Of a stretch of 64,000 nt of DNA, positions 19,546-30,901 are shown in pieces; positions within the stretch are counted from its first letter, which is position 1; the number at the start of each line of letters is the position of its first letter. Origin of the DNA: Histomonas meleagridis 2922-C6/04-290x. Taxonomy: Eukaryota > Protista > Parabasalia. The notes under the pieces were generated by a model that did no database searches, was not told where the DNA came from, and was given only the letters and a program-made list of their open reading frames with translations. The stretch lies in assembly GCA_020184695.1 (NCBI GenBank), contig JAANOX010000079.1:62001-126000 (forward strand), read 5' to 3'. The position numbers and the translations under genes were made by a program.

Positions 19546-22500
19546 ATGTCAAATACTATTTCAGACCCAGGAAAAGATGAAAAAATTTTTAGATGGTTAA
19601 AAGAAGATCCGTCATCTAAGAAATTTAATTGGGAGCAACCTATAATCAAAGGAATTTCAAAAACAAATAATCCATTAATGACAGAAACAGTAAAATCTTT
19701 TAGCGAAAAAGAAGAATATAAAAATAACCCAATTGTCAAGTTGTTTTCAAGAAAATGTTTATCAATACAGTTTAATTCAAATTCTTTTAAACCACCAACA
19801 TTACTTGGCTCAAATCCGATAATTTTCAAATCTAGTTATGGTTCATCAAAGCCAGAAAATAATCGTGAAGATTTTCATAGTTATCCAGCCACGAGTCTTT
19901 TTGCAGGTGAACAAGATGTTTTTAAATCATATAATTACCAAAAGCCAAGTAATCTTGAATTAAAAGAAGTACAATTTTTTATTGCCAATCTAGTTAAATT
20001 CGAGACTTCATTTGATTTTGTTGAACCGATCTTATGTTCAGGTTTTTTATTTTCTGAAAAGCAACTTCTCTCAGAAAATTGGAACTTTGCACCAGAACAA
20101 TCCTTAAAATTCTTTGAAAACCAAGAAAAACCTTTATCTTTAAATCATAAAGTATTATTCAGCTATCGTACAGTGAAAAAAATGACATATCTTGTGATTT
20201 TTTTGAAACGAGTTTTTCAGGGGAAAACCGAAAAAAACTGCAACCGTTACTATCGGAAGAATTCATCATCAAATTTAGCAAAAGCTAATGAATCATTTAA
20301 GCATTCATGGCCAGATTTATCAAATACATATAATGTTTTTGCATGGACTTTTGCTCCAATTTCAGAATTAATGTCATCACCAGATGGATATACATTTCCA
20401 CGACCAACGGAATTTTCTGAAATATCATCAATAGAAGATTTTGACTCATTATTAAATTCATCTAAATCACCAAAAGGTAAAACATTTCCAATTGACATCA
20501 CAATAAAAGTTAGTGTTAAAAGTATTATCGATATTTCAACATATATAAATGATGGCTATAAAGTATTACAATCATTAATAACACCACCAATAGAACCATT
20601 ATTACGTTTTCAACATAATTTAATTTTCGTTATTACAGGCGCACATTTTGTTTTACCACCAGAAATACAAGTAAAGAACGTTTACATACAGATTTCATAT
20701 CACAAGTCGGCCAATGGGGAAAAATTACCCTTAATCTATCGTCCATATTTCAATGACTATTCAATCGTGGGGTACACCAAATTACTTAAACATATTAAAA
20801 ATCCAATTTTTGGTGAAACATTTTATATTAAATTACCATCAACAATTGAAAAAGGAGATCATATAGCACTTGAATATTATACTATTAATCAAGGTAAAGA
20901 TACAAAAACTAATGTATTAATTGCAACATCGATAATTCCATTTTATGATAAAGAAGGTAACTTCTTAAAGAACGGGAAATTTGCAAGTAACATAACATAT
21001 GATAATCAAGAACAACCTAATGAACGAATTAATTTCGATAACAAAATCATTGGAAATTTCCAATTCATTAGTTCAATTATATTTAATGACAATTTGTTAA
21101 CAGATTTTTATAGCAAAGTTAATAATGATAATGAATATGATTTAGAATTACTTGATTTAATTGATCCAAATATCATAATACAAAACCTATTACAAATCAT
21201 TGACTTACTAATTAGAAAAATGAATTCAACAAGCAATAAAATCAAAGAAATAATTCAAACATTAGAGAAAATTACATCAAAAATTATTAATATATTTCCA
21301 AACTTCGAACAGTTTCTCTTGGGTTATGCATTAGATTTCGCTAAGTTTTCACCTAAGAAGAATGTGCATAAAAAAATATTGAAATATTGGAAAGAAGAAA
21401 TCGATGAATTAAATAACGATAACATAACTGGAACAGAAAGATATGACTTATACTTATCAGATTTCTTGTTTTTGTTGATTATTAAGTCATTATTAATTTC
21501 AAAAGATAAAAATATTGAAAATGACTTCGTTGATTTCATTAATAGCTGGTGTAAAGCCGTGATTCCTTTAACTCAAAGTGGTTTAATTCAAGCTAAGAAA
21601 GCTAACAAGTCGTTTACTGTCTTCTTGAACTTGCTTTCTGACATCGGCTTCTATACTTTGACAATTTATGGAATTTCAATATATTTGAAATCTTTCGGTG
21701 ATTCACCAAACGATCACAAAATCACGATCGATTTTCTTGAAAATGTTTTACAACCGAAACTTTTTGTAAGCTTTTTATTCCACTCGAAGCTTATGGTTGA
21801 AATCATAACGGACTTGATTAAACGTGCGAAGAATTCAAAGGATTCAATACCATTTCAACGGATCTTTGACGTTTTGCTCAGAATCTGTTCATTTTTTGAA
21901 TCCGACGGTTTATTGTCACAAAAAGTTTCATCGTGTTTAGTTGATTCGTTAACATCATTAATCCCATTAAATGAAATGCCATTTATAGATAACAATGAGA
22001 TACATTCGTCATTAATCTTTTTTGATTATATCATTTCACATATTGATTCTAAGTCATTTATGAAGTGGTGGCAAAAATCGAATCATAATGAGTTTTATGA
22101 TTCATTACATTTCTTATTAGATAAAACACGAATCTCATTATTGACACAAGAAGATCATCAAACAGATAAACTAAAGAACATTGAAGATTTATATTCATCA
22201 TTTAAACGAAACACAAACGAATTAACGAATCGATCATATATAGCGAAACATCGAAACGAGAGTTTATTCCAAGTTGATACTAATAATTTAAAGTCGCAAA
22301 ACATTAAGAAAGAAAATATTGTCTTCGCTACACATTTTAGTTTCATTAACATTTTACACATTTTAATTTTAATTGACCAAAAATCGAATCATAACTTAAA
22401 CAAGTTTTATAACCCAATTTATAAAGAATTATCAAATTTCTCACAAATTACAAAGGTTTTGTTCCATTTATTAGTTGTTAATACTCCAATTGATTTCATT

Positions 22501-24198
22501 TCTCCTTTAATTGACTTGATGAATGAAATCGCTTCTGCTAAAATCGATTTAATGTTCGTTCAGTGTTGTCCAATTTTACCAAAATTCATTTTAACGGTTT
22601 TGAAATTGTGTAAAATTGAACCAAAATGTAACAGCTTTTTCAACACTTTATTCGAGGCCGATATGAAGAAATTCAAAAACAATAACCGTTCAAACGCGGT
22701 TTTTGCGAGGGCTTTTTCGTACTTGAAACCGAACGAATTCAATATTTTGAATTACGTAAAAAGTAAACCACTCAAAACAAAAGTCAAAAAACTTAAAAAT
22801 ATTTTGGAACAACTTCAAAATAATCAATTAAAAAGTACTGATCCTGAATATTATTCAGAATTATTATATAACAAAAGCTTAGTTTTGGAAGATTCACCTG
22901 ATGCTCGAGTAATGTGTTTGGATGAACTTGCAAAATATCATCAAGAAAACGAATATTTCGAAGAAGAAATTCAAACGCTTTTACTTCAAGCATCAATCAT
23001 ATGCGAATACTTAACAAAATTTGGTAAATTAAAAGGTGAAATATATGAAACCCAAAATAACGCTGCGTTATTATTCGTTGACATATGTTCTTCTGCAAAA
23101 ACTGCGATGTGTCCAACAATTGTTGAGAAAGATTTACCGCATATTAATTCTTATTGTGATTCACCAATGTTTTCAAATGTTTCATTTGTCTGTTTGCTAG
23201 AAAAGATAATCACTAGATGTAATGAAACGCAATTATTTGAAACAGGCATAGCTATCATTGATCATTTATGGCTTTTGCTCGAAAACTACAGAGCATTTGG
23301 CATATTGAAAGCCACTTTTATGAAAAGCTCTGAAATATTGAATTCGCTCTCAAAAATTACCGATGAAAAAGAACGTTTATTTGGGCATTATTTCAAAGTA
23401 TCGTTTTTCGGTAAAATTTTTGGCGGAAACTCAACATATGTTTATAGAGAGAAAAAATTAACTCACTTATATGAATTCTCATCAAGGATATTTACAAAAT
23501 ATAAAAATAAATTCGGCGAAGATGTTATCGAATTAATTAAAGAAAGTAAAGAAGTTGACCAATCGAAACTAGACCCAGAAAAAGGGTACATACAAGTAAC
23601 TTTCGTTGAACCATTCTTGCGTAAAAATGAACAGAAATCAAGATTAACACAATTTGAACAATCTCATAATTTGACAAAATTTTCTTTCGACGCACCATTT
23701 GTAAAAGGAGGAGACAAGTCCCAAGGGAGTGTTGAAGAACAGTGGTTACGTAAGACAATAATTGAAGTTGATTATGCGATGCCATTTGTATTGAAATCAC
23801 AAAAAGTTGATCCCAAGAAGATAAAGATCATTGACTTCGAACCTATGAGAGTAGCTTACCGACAGCTCAGAGAAAGAGTCACACAAATGAGTAATGCAAT
23901 CGAAAGATCAGACGTAAGACAAATCCAACAGCTGCTTCACGGGTCACTTTTGGTGCAAGTGAACGAGGGACCGTTAAAGATAGCGGAGGTTTTCATCGGT
24001 GACAAAAAGAAGAACGATCAAAAATACACCAAAAAGTTGAAAAGTGCTTTCGCGAACTTTTTAGAACAAAATGAAAAAGGATTGAAAATTCATGCACAAT
24101 GGGTAAATGATAGCCATGTAGAATTCATCCCATTGCAACATGAACTGGAATCTGGTTTCGCTTCTTTTGAAGAAAATATTCGAAAATATTTGAAATAA
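19546..24198 (+). CDS. DOCK-family Rho GEF (C2/DHR-1 plus DHR-2)
   Basis: About 1550-aa ORF with a C2-type DHR-1 (KNPIFGETFYIKLP...HIALEYY) and DHR-2 motifs (FGHYFKVSFFG, YVYREKKL, YIQVTFVEP, LLHGSLLVQVNEGP). First ATG at 19546. Confidence 0.92.
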   Translation: MSNTISDPGKDEKIFRWLKEDPSSKKFNWEQPIIKGISKTNNPLMTETVKSFSEKEEYKNNPIVKLFSRKCLSIQFNSNSFKPPTLLGSNPIIFKSSYGSSKPENNREDFHSYPATSLFAGEQDVFKSYNYQKPSNLELKEVQFFIANLVKFETSFDFVEPILCSGFLFSEKQLLSENWNFAPEQSLKFFENQEKPLSLNHKVLFSYRTVKKMTYLVIFLKRVFQGKTEKNCNRYYRKNSSSNLAKANESFKHSWPDLSNTYNVFAWTFAPISELMSSPDGYTFPRPTEFSEISSIEDFDSLLNSSKSPKGKTFPIDITIKVSVKSIIDISTYINDGYKVLQSLITPPIEPLLRFQHNLIFVITGAHFVLPPEIQVKNVYIQISYHKSANGEKLPLIYRPYFNDYSIVGYTKLLKHIKNPIFGETFYIKLPSTIEKGDHIALEYYTINQGKDTKTNVLIATSIIPFYDKEGNFLKNGKFASNITYDNQEQPNERINFDNKIIGNFQFISSIIFNDNLLTDFYSKVNNDNEYDLELLDLIDPNIIIQNLLQIIDLLIRKMNSTSNKIKEIIQTLEKITSKIINIFPNFEQFLLGYALDFAKFSPKKNVHKKILKYWKEEIDELNNDNITGTERYDLYLSDFLFLLIIKSLLISKDKNIENDFVDFINSWCKAVIPLTQSGLIQAKKANKSFTVFLNLLSDIGFYTLTIYGISIYLKSFGDSPNDHKITIDFLENVLQPKLFVSFLFHSKLMVEIITDLIKRAKNSKDSIPFQRIFDVLLRICSFFESDGLLSQKVSSCLVDSLTSLIPLNEMPFIDNNEIHSSLIFFDYIISHIDSKSFMKWWQKSNHNEFYDSLHFLLDKTRISLLTQEDHQTDKLKNIEDLYSSFKRNTNELTNRSYIAKHRNESLFQVDTNNLKSQNIKKENIVFATHFSFINILHILILIDQKSNHNLNKFYNPIYKELSNFSQITKVLFHLLVVNTPIDFISPLIDLMNEIASAKIDLMFVQCCPILPKFILTVLKLCKIEPKCNSFFNTLFEADMKKFKNNNRSNAVFARAFSYLKPNEFNILNYVKSKPLKTKVKKLKNILEQLQNNQLKSTDPEYYSELLYNKSLVLEDSPDARVMCLDELAKYHQENEYFEEEIQTLLLQASIICEYLTKFGKLKGEIYETQNNAALLFVDICSSAKTAMCPTIVEKDLPHINSYCDSPMFSNVSFVCLLEKIITRCNETQLFETGIAIIDHLWLLLENYRAFGILKATFMKSSEILNSLSKITDEKERLFGHYFKVSFFGKIFGGNSTYVYREKKLTHLYEFSSRIFTKYKNKFGEDVIELIKESKEVDQSKLDPEKGYIQVTFVEPFLRKNEQKSRLTQFEQSHNLTKFSFDAPFVKGGDKSQGSVEEQWLRKTIIEVDYAMPFVLKSQKVDPKKIKIIDFEPMRVAYRQLRERVTQMSNAIERSDVRQIQQLLHGSLLVQVNEGPLKIAEVFIGDKKKNDQKYTKKLKSAFANFLEQNEKGLKIHAQWVNDSHVEFIPLQHELESGFASFEENIRKYLK

Positions 24199-24204
24199 AA
24201 CAAT

Positions 24205-24579
24205 TTATAATAATGCATCTGATTTTTGGCGAGAAGCAAATTTGAAGTCTTGGTCAAGAAGGTTTTTGACATGCTCATCAAGTTGTTCAGCATTATCATG
24301 ATAATGACGTGGTTCACGATCTCTTTTTTCGGCCCAAACAACTTTGATATTTCTGCCTTCGAAAGAGCGCCCGTCCATTTCTTGAATAGCGTATTGAGCT
24401 GATTTATTATCTTCATATGTTACAAAAGCATATCCTTTTGATTCATTATTATCATTAACTAGCAAATGACATTCAGTAATGACTCCATACCTTGAAAAGA
24501 CTTTGTAGATATCATCAACTGGAGTACGGAAGTTTAATGAAAGTATTACAATTTTGTTTTCGTCCATTTTGGCAGGCAT
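24205..24579 (-). CDS. Single-RRM RNA-binding protein
   Basis: RNP2-like IVILSL, RNP1 KGYAFVTY and a C-terminal GRNIKVVWA. Confidence 0.85.
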   Translation of the reverse strand: MPAKMDENKIVILSLNFRTPVDDIYKVFSRYGVITECHLLVNDNNESKGYAFVTYEDNKSAQYAIQEMDGRSFEGRNIKVVWAEKRDREPRHYHDNAEQLDEHVKNLLDQDFKFASRQKSDALL

Positions 24580-25063
24580 AATAAAATTGAAAGGAAATAT
24601 CGTGTCATTTTTTATTGAGGTAACAAAAAAATTTACAAAAATTTATACCATGATATTCTAAGTGGTGATCAAAGTTTATGATGTGGTATCATTTGATAAA
24701 AAATATATTAAACATGGAATGATTTAGTAATTTCAATGAATATAGTTTTTCTCATCCCCACACATTAATGGGTTAACATTTTGTTTTTGTGATTTGTGAC
24801 TTATTGTTTGTGTTCTATTCTTAAAATGAAGTCATAGATAAGCTGATGACACATGAAATGGCATTCTTTCACTTTAGTACAAATTTCATAACCTAAATTC
24901 GATCAAATGAATGTTGTTTTTGTTTTTCACATGTGAATGTTTATAATCATTTCTTTCGATTTTATATAAAATTTGATTTGAGTTTTTACCCTCAAACAAG
25001 AGCTCGAAAAGAGTGGTTCCGACTAATTATTCTCACAAAAAAATGGAAGTAAAGTTAAGAATT

Positions 25064-25218
25064 TTACTTAACGTTCATTCTTGTTATTATTGACTCTGGA
25101 GAGTGATCAGGAAAATATTTCATTAATTTATTGAGATCACCACCAAAGTCGCTGTTTAAATCTTTGAGTTTTTGGTCCAAGTACAATATTTTCCTCCATT
25201 TCTTGTCTTCCTTGATCA
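25064..25218 (-). pseudogene. Possible decayed Myb-domain fragment
   Basis: The minus frame reads KKWRKILYLDQKLKDLNSDFGGDLNKLMKYFPDHSPESIITR, which loosely resembles a Myb repeat. It has no start codon and is flanked by stops. Confidence 0.3.
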
Positions 25219-25613
25219 TTTGTAGCGGTTTTCAACCGTCATTTTTATTTGAAAAAAATTGGATTTTCAACTTTTTGAATTAGGTTTTGCTTCCTTCGGA
25301 AAGGGATAAGAGAAGATTCAGAAGATTTTCATAAAAAGATTTGAGCAAGATGGATGCGTTTTGGTTGAATAATGAAATATTTTTTAATGAAAAACTTCAA
25401 GTATATGAGATAAATGATGAGCTGCCTTTGGGTGGCAGAAAGATAATAAAGTTTTAATGAATAACGAAAATTTAAGTATTCCAAATAAAATTAAATATGT
25501 GAATGGATTTCATCATGAAGTTCATTCTATGTTTTTATTTATGATAATTTTATATAAAAATTCATATCACATGTCCATTAAAATTTTTTCAAGTGTTATT
25601 TAATAGCATTGGA

Positions 25614-27294
25614 ATGAGCACATCAAAGATAAATTCCTTTCCAGACTTAATCGCACTTACAGAAATAATTTATAACATTAATATAAACAATCTTGATACA
25701 TCTGTTTCTTCATTACGCAAATTTTATGATAATTCACGAACGTATTCATTCAACTTGATCATCTGCCGTTTCATTTACACTTTGTTTGTAACAAGACTGA
25801 AAAATATAAATATAATTATTGAGTTTTTGAATTTAATTGAACGAGATGAAAATAAAAATCAAGTTAAAATAATTGACATCTTTTCTCAATTCCTTCTGAA
25901 AAATAACTCACAAGAATCTAATTATCTTATCGGAAAGTTGATAGAAAAAGGTTTAATTAACTCATCGATTACTATAAATATGAAAAATTTATATTTTTCA
26001 CATTTTAAAGCACATTTCGTTTTAAACTATCGTTATCAATTTTCTGAATATTTCTCCAAAAACCTTGAAAAACTTAAAGCGAATAATTGGGAACTTCATC
26101 AGAAATATGTTAAAGAAGGAATAAACAGAATGAAATTGCGAAAATAATTCGGAATGATGAAATAGAAAAACTTCAAGAAATATCATCAGAAGCAAACTTC
26201 GATTTTAATCAAACAATTCCAAAATCACTTTATGAAAGATATTCATTTGTTAATCATAAAGATGTTACATTAATTGATTATGCAGCATTTTTTTCTTCAA
26301 TTAAATGTTTTAAATATTTACTTATGAATGGAGCAAAATTAGATAATACAGGTAAATATGCAGTTGCAGGTGGAAATGAAGAAATAATTCATTTATGTGA
26401 ACAAAATCATTCAACATTTAAAGATGCATATGAAGCAGCAATTCAATTTCATCGAAATGATATCTTTAAATATTTTTATGATAATAAGTTAAAAGAAATT
26501 AAGAATTTAGAAGAATTAGGAGTAAAATGTGTTTTACATGATAATTATGAACTTTTATCATTTTTACTTAAAGAAGGAATGAAAATAAATGATATTATTC
26601 ACTTTGCTTCAATTATAACAGGGAATTTATATATTACTCAATATTTTCTCGAAAGTAATCATATTCCTATTGATTTTTTGAAAATTTCGGGTTTTTCTGG
26701 AAATGTGGAACTTTATAACTATTTAATTAACAATAGATACATTGATTTTAGCAAGATTGTTTGCTTATTTCATTAGATTTTTATTAAAATATTCCATCGT
26801 TTCATAAAAATTTTTAAATTTTTTTTTTAAATATGTTTAGCACTAACAAATGCTTCAAAAAAATGGTTATACAGAAATCGTTAAATTGCTTCTTCAACAA
26901 GAAGGAATTGATATTAATGCTAAAAGTATTTATTTGTTTTATTTAAAATTTATTTTAATAATTTTATATTTCAAAATAATATTTGGAAATTATTTAAATT
27001 ATTTAGAACAGCACTTATGAATGCATCTTATAATGGTTATACAGAAATAGTTAAATTACTTCTTGAACAAGAAGGAATTGATATTAATGATAAAGATATT
27101 TTTTTGTTTTATTTAAAATATTTTGAAAAAATATGAAATTTCATATAAATATTTGGAATTACTTACAAACATATAAAACAGCGCTTATGATAGCATCAGA
27201 AAAGAAAAATGCAGAAATTATTCGATTATTTGCAGCCAAAATTCAACATCATAAATGTGTCGACACAATAAAATTAAAAGATTCTCAAGGATAA
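25614..27294 (+). pseudogene. Ankyrin-repeat family gene with 17-nt elements plus two 1-nt indels (pseudogene or assembly errors)
   Basis: Paralog of the 10008, 14758 and 53953 genes. It has a -1 lesion near 26127 (GINxNEIAK), an extra A in the run near 26858-26864, ankyrin blocks at 26837, 27008 and 27178, and a stop at 27292-27294. Confidence 0.75.
26759..27177 (+). other. Array of 17-nt elements and 3-nt micro-exons (locus 3)
   Basis: Two clean 80-nt spacers (26928-27007 gives KYGR; 27098-27177 gives KEGK) and one ambiguous spacer of about 78 nt containing a 10-T run. Confidence 0.8.
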
Positions 27295-28792
27295 AAGAGG
27301 AAATATTTAAATATTGAAATAAACATTTCCTAAATTCACTTTGTTTTCATATATTATTATTAATGCATTAAATTTGATTAATATTATTATTATATGAATC
27401 AAAATTTGATAAATAGAATATTTTATATCATAGTTCATTGCATGCTTTTCATATAATTTGATGATAATTTTTGTGAAAAAAATGATGAAAAATTCATAAC
27501 AACAAAAAATTAATTAATATTCATAGTATTATTTACTCTTAAAGTTGAATGGATATCTATTGAGTACACCTTATTATTTTTAGTCCCATAATACAAAATA
27601 TTTGTATGGAATCGTACCAGCTACCCTTTTGGCCATTGATAATTTTTTTCTTCTTTCCGATCAGATTTTGAGTAAAATTTTATCGGAAACCACCTAAAAA
27701 GTGATATTTTTAACGTGCTTATGATCATTGATCCATTTTTTTTTACTCGACTTTTTGTAAATTTTACATAACGATAGAAACGATATTGTATAGTTTATGC
27801 TTTCAAATTTTTTTCTTTAAGTGACTCTTTACGCCATATGAAATTAAATTAATAAAATTGAATAAAATAAGTGCCGTTTTGTATTATATAAAATTAAATT
27901 AATAAAATTGAATGTGATGATCGTCGTTCCGCATCGACTAAAATTGAATTTTTTCATTTAATTAAAAAAATCACCTTGTATTATTTACAATAGAATCATG
28001 GACGGTCCAACAGCAAATCCATATGTGTGAATTGGCCCTCATGTTTTAAATACCATTATATAACACATGAATTTGCTCCATCCACTGATAGAGTTAAATT
28101 AATGAAAAATCTCCATATTTATATTCAAAAACTGAAGTAAAATTAGCCTTAATATATGTTTTTACTTATATCTGATCAATATGAATTTGAATAAATAAAC
28201 ATTCATAGATACCGGCTCATTAAACAGCGGTCTATAACCAATAATCGTCATCATTAATGATTTTCATTGATTTTTTGGTCAACTTGATTTTGTTCTATGA
28301 TATAAAGATAAATTGCTTTCTCTAACTAATTCTTAACATTTCTATTTTCACTTTGTTTTTTAATTGATCATATTTTGATTAAATATATTTTATTAATTGC
28401 TTATATCTCATTTGTTTGTTTAACACACCTCCTTCACTCATTTACTGTGCTTCAATCCTCATTTTAAAATTACCATCTAATTTGTTCATATATTTCATTA
28501 AATTTTATTATTTTTGCTTTTCATTCACCCATTGTCTGAACCTCGCTTATTATTTTTTTGACTTTGTTATGCTGATCATTTTGTTCTTACACTCCGAATT
28601 CGACACATTATAATTGTTGTATGCGGCATTCAAAAAGTTTAATTGAACGATTATTTTCCCTCAAAAAGTCATACCGATATGGGCTTTCCACTTTCCACTT
28701 TTTGAATATAATTGAATTAGAGATAGGTAAACCAATCAAATTTCGACTTTTTGAATACTTCGGCATTTTTTTCAGGTGTATTTTTTTAAGGC

Positions 28793-29347
28793 ATGGAACA
28801 CTCAATCAAGATCTTACTGGTTGGAGATAAAGATAGTGGGAAAACTAGCATCACCATTTCATACGTTTCCGGACATGATGTGTTTTCTCCAACAATAGAG
28901 GATGAATTTATGAAAACTGTTGAATTTGAAGGAAATCAAGTTTCGTTAACTATTAGAGATATGGCTGGACTTGAAGATTTCAGTTCAATGGCTAAGCGCG
29001 CAATAAGTCAAAATGATGCATTCATTTTTGTATACTCAACTCAAAAAATATCATCGTTCAATGCTATGAAAGATTATTATTATGAAGTTAAAAACATAAA
29101 ATCTACTAAATTTCCATTTGTTATAGCAGCTAACACAACAGGTGATCCTGAAGCACAATTAGACGATGGTAAATTTTTTGCAGAAAAAATTGGCTGCCAG
29201 CTAGTCGAAGTGAACCTGCACGAATGGGAAGGGGCAGCCGAAGTTTTTGAAGAACTTTTGAAAGCCTGTAAAGATTTTTCATTTGAAAAAGGGAAAAAAG
29301 GAAAATCTTCAAAAGGAAAAAAGAAAGGTGATTGCTTCATTCAGTGA
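28793..29347 (+). CDS. Atypical Ras-family small GTPase
   Basis: P-loop GDKDSGKT, effector PTIED, G3 DMAGLE, a polybasic tail and CaaX (CFIQ). Confidence 0.85.
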   Translation: MEHSIKILLVGDKDSGKTSITISYVSGHDVFSPTIEDEFMKTVEFEGNQVSLTIRDMAGLEDFSSMAKRAISQNDAFIFVYSTQKISSFNAMKDYYYEVKNIKSTKFPFVIAANTTGDPEAQLDDGKFFAEKIGCQLVEVNLHEWEGAAEVFEELLKACKDFSFEKGKKGKSSKGKKKGDCFIQ

Positions 29348-29679
29348 TTAAGCAAACCAAGCACACTTTATTGCAAAAATCAAAAATTAAATCATTTTTC
29401 CAATTTTCATTTTTTTTTATATTCATTATAAAAACTCATTAGATTTTTATTAGTTAAGGATGTGTTAAATTTATCTGTATTATGATTAATCAAGATTAAA
29501 AGAACAAGATATGAATTAATTCATATTTTTGATCAAAAATATCGACCATTAATTGTCTTGATTAAAAAATGTTACTATCATATAAACCAAAAATTGGTAG
29601 TTTAACAAATTGAAGTTTTTTTTATTTCCAGATTTATGAATTTTTCTTTTTTGCATTGTAACGACCGTTTATATATCCA

Positions 29680-30267
29680 ATGTCTGTGCTATCTTTAACA
29701 CAGAGCGTTCGTTCTGGAATGCAATCCGTTGAACAGATTGCAGAAACTGTACCAGTCCATCAGTTAGTAAAGTTTGCTGTTTTTTATGTGATTGGTAAAT
29801 ATTCTGAAAATGATATTAAAGCAAAAGCAAGAGAAGCTCAAGTATCATTTCCAACATTCATGGAAGCAATGGAATGTCTTGCGTGGACACTTTGTGAAGC
29901 TGTTCGTAATCGTTGTACAGTAGATAAGTTCCGTGAATTTATAGCAGAAATGGAGTTTCTTAATACTCCAGAAGTGTTACAAGTTTATGGGGATTCTATT
30001 GAAACAATAAGACAATGCTTAATTCAAGTTTCACCAAATTCAGAGCATTTTATTAGCCTCGATTGGCGAGTTCAAGTTGAGTTTGCAAGAAGATCTTTGC
30101 GACAGTTCAAGCGCCCACATGTTGTTATGAATCTTAAAACAACAAGTGGAAGTACAAATCTCGAGGCCACTCCATCGATGCTTTGTCAGTTGCATGATGA
30201 GCTCGATGAAGCCCTTCAAAGCTGCCGGACAGCTCAGTTCCGTCGTGTTCAAAGGTTTGTCAAGTAA
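29680..30267 (+). CDS. COMMD2: COMM domain protein, COMMD2-like
   Basis: C-terminal COMM motif LDWRVQVEFARRSLRQFKRP...LHDELDEAL...FRRVQRFVK. Confidence 0.75.
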   Translation: MSVLSLTQSVRSGMQSVEQIAETVPVHQLVKFAVFYVIGKYSENDIKAKAREAQVSFPTFMEAMECLAWTLCEAVRNRCTVDKFREFIAEMEFLNTPEVLQVYGDSIETIRQCLIQVSPNSEHFISLDWRVQVEFARRSLRQFKRPHVVMNLKTTSGSTNLEATPSMLCQLHDELDEALQSCRTAQFRRVQRFVK

Positions 30268-30901
30268 ACCATTTATAATATTTGAATAAACTTCGATTTT
30301 TTGCATGGATAATTATTTTGCAGCAAATTTGGTTAATTACTCCAAATGTTATCTCTTTCTCTCTTTGAAGTAGTTCTCTGAGCGCTTCTTATTATAACTT
30401 ATGACTCACAATTCTTCTTAACTTCGGGTTTAACTTGTTGAATTTTTTTAATAACATATACAAAATAATTGATTCGTATCCTTCAATCGATCGAGTGCTT
30501 GCTTTGTATTTTTTTTTCATCATACCAAAGCTATTATGAACACTGCTTTTTCATTATTTTCTTTGTTTTTTATGTGAGAAAATAGAATTTATTTTTTGTT
30601 TTGCATTAAAATTCATTTCTTTCATTAATAATAATAATAATAATAATATCCATATCAAATAAAATGTTTCATTGCTATCGATAACAAATGCATTTCTATC
30701 TTTATATCATCATGCTTGAGATCATTCAAACAAATGCACTTGAAGTATCTACATTCATGATTGCCCAATCACATTTATTAAATCATTTTTTAAAAAAATT
30801 GAATAATCAATTTGATTAAATAAATTGATAACTAAATTTCAAATATAAAAACGATTTATCATCAAATTGAATTGTTTAGTTACAATTTTTTAAGAGTTTA
30901 T

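Noticed and set aside
27118-27134. Hairpin or inverted-repeat structure as the defining feature of the elements
   Set aside because: A few fold (ATATTT...AAATAT) but most do not, no covariation is visible, and AT-rich 17-mers pair by chance.
27098-27177. Classical matched take-off/landing ribosomal hopping (T4 gene 60 type)
   Set aside because: The P-site codons (GAT, AAA, GAA, GGA) do not match the landing triplets (mostly TTT). Decoding ATT first would add Ile between hairpin residues. An unmatched bypass is not excluded.
27841-27913. 23-bp direct repeat AAATTAAATTAATAAAATTGAAT, 50 nt apart
   Set aside because: A low-complexity local duplication with no associated feature.
27999-28139. 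Short frameshifted ORF (MDGPTANPYV.NWPSCF...)
   Set aside because: It is too short and unrecognised to support a call.
30320-30640. Stop-riddled minus-strand coding remnant and AAT microsatellite
   Set aside because: No identifiable homology; ordinary decayed sequence.
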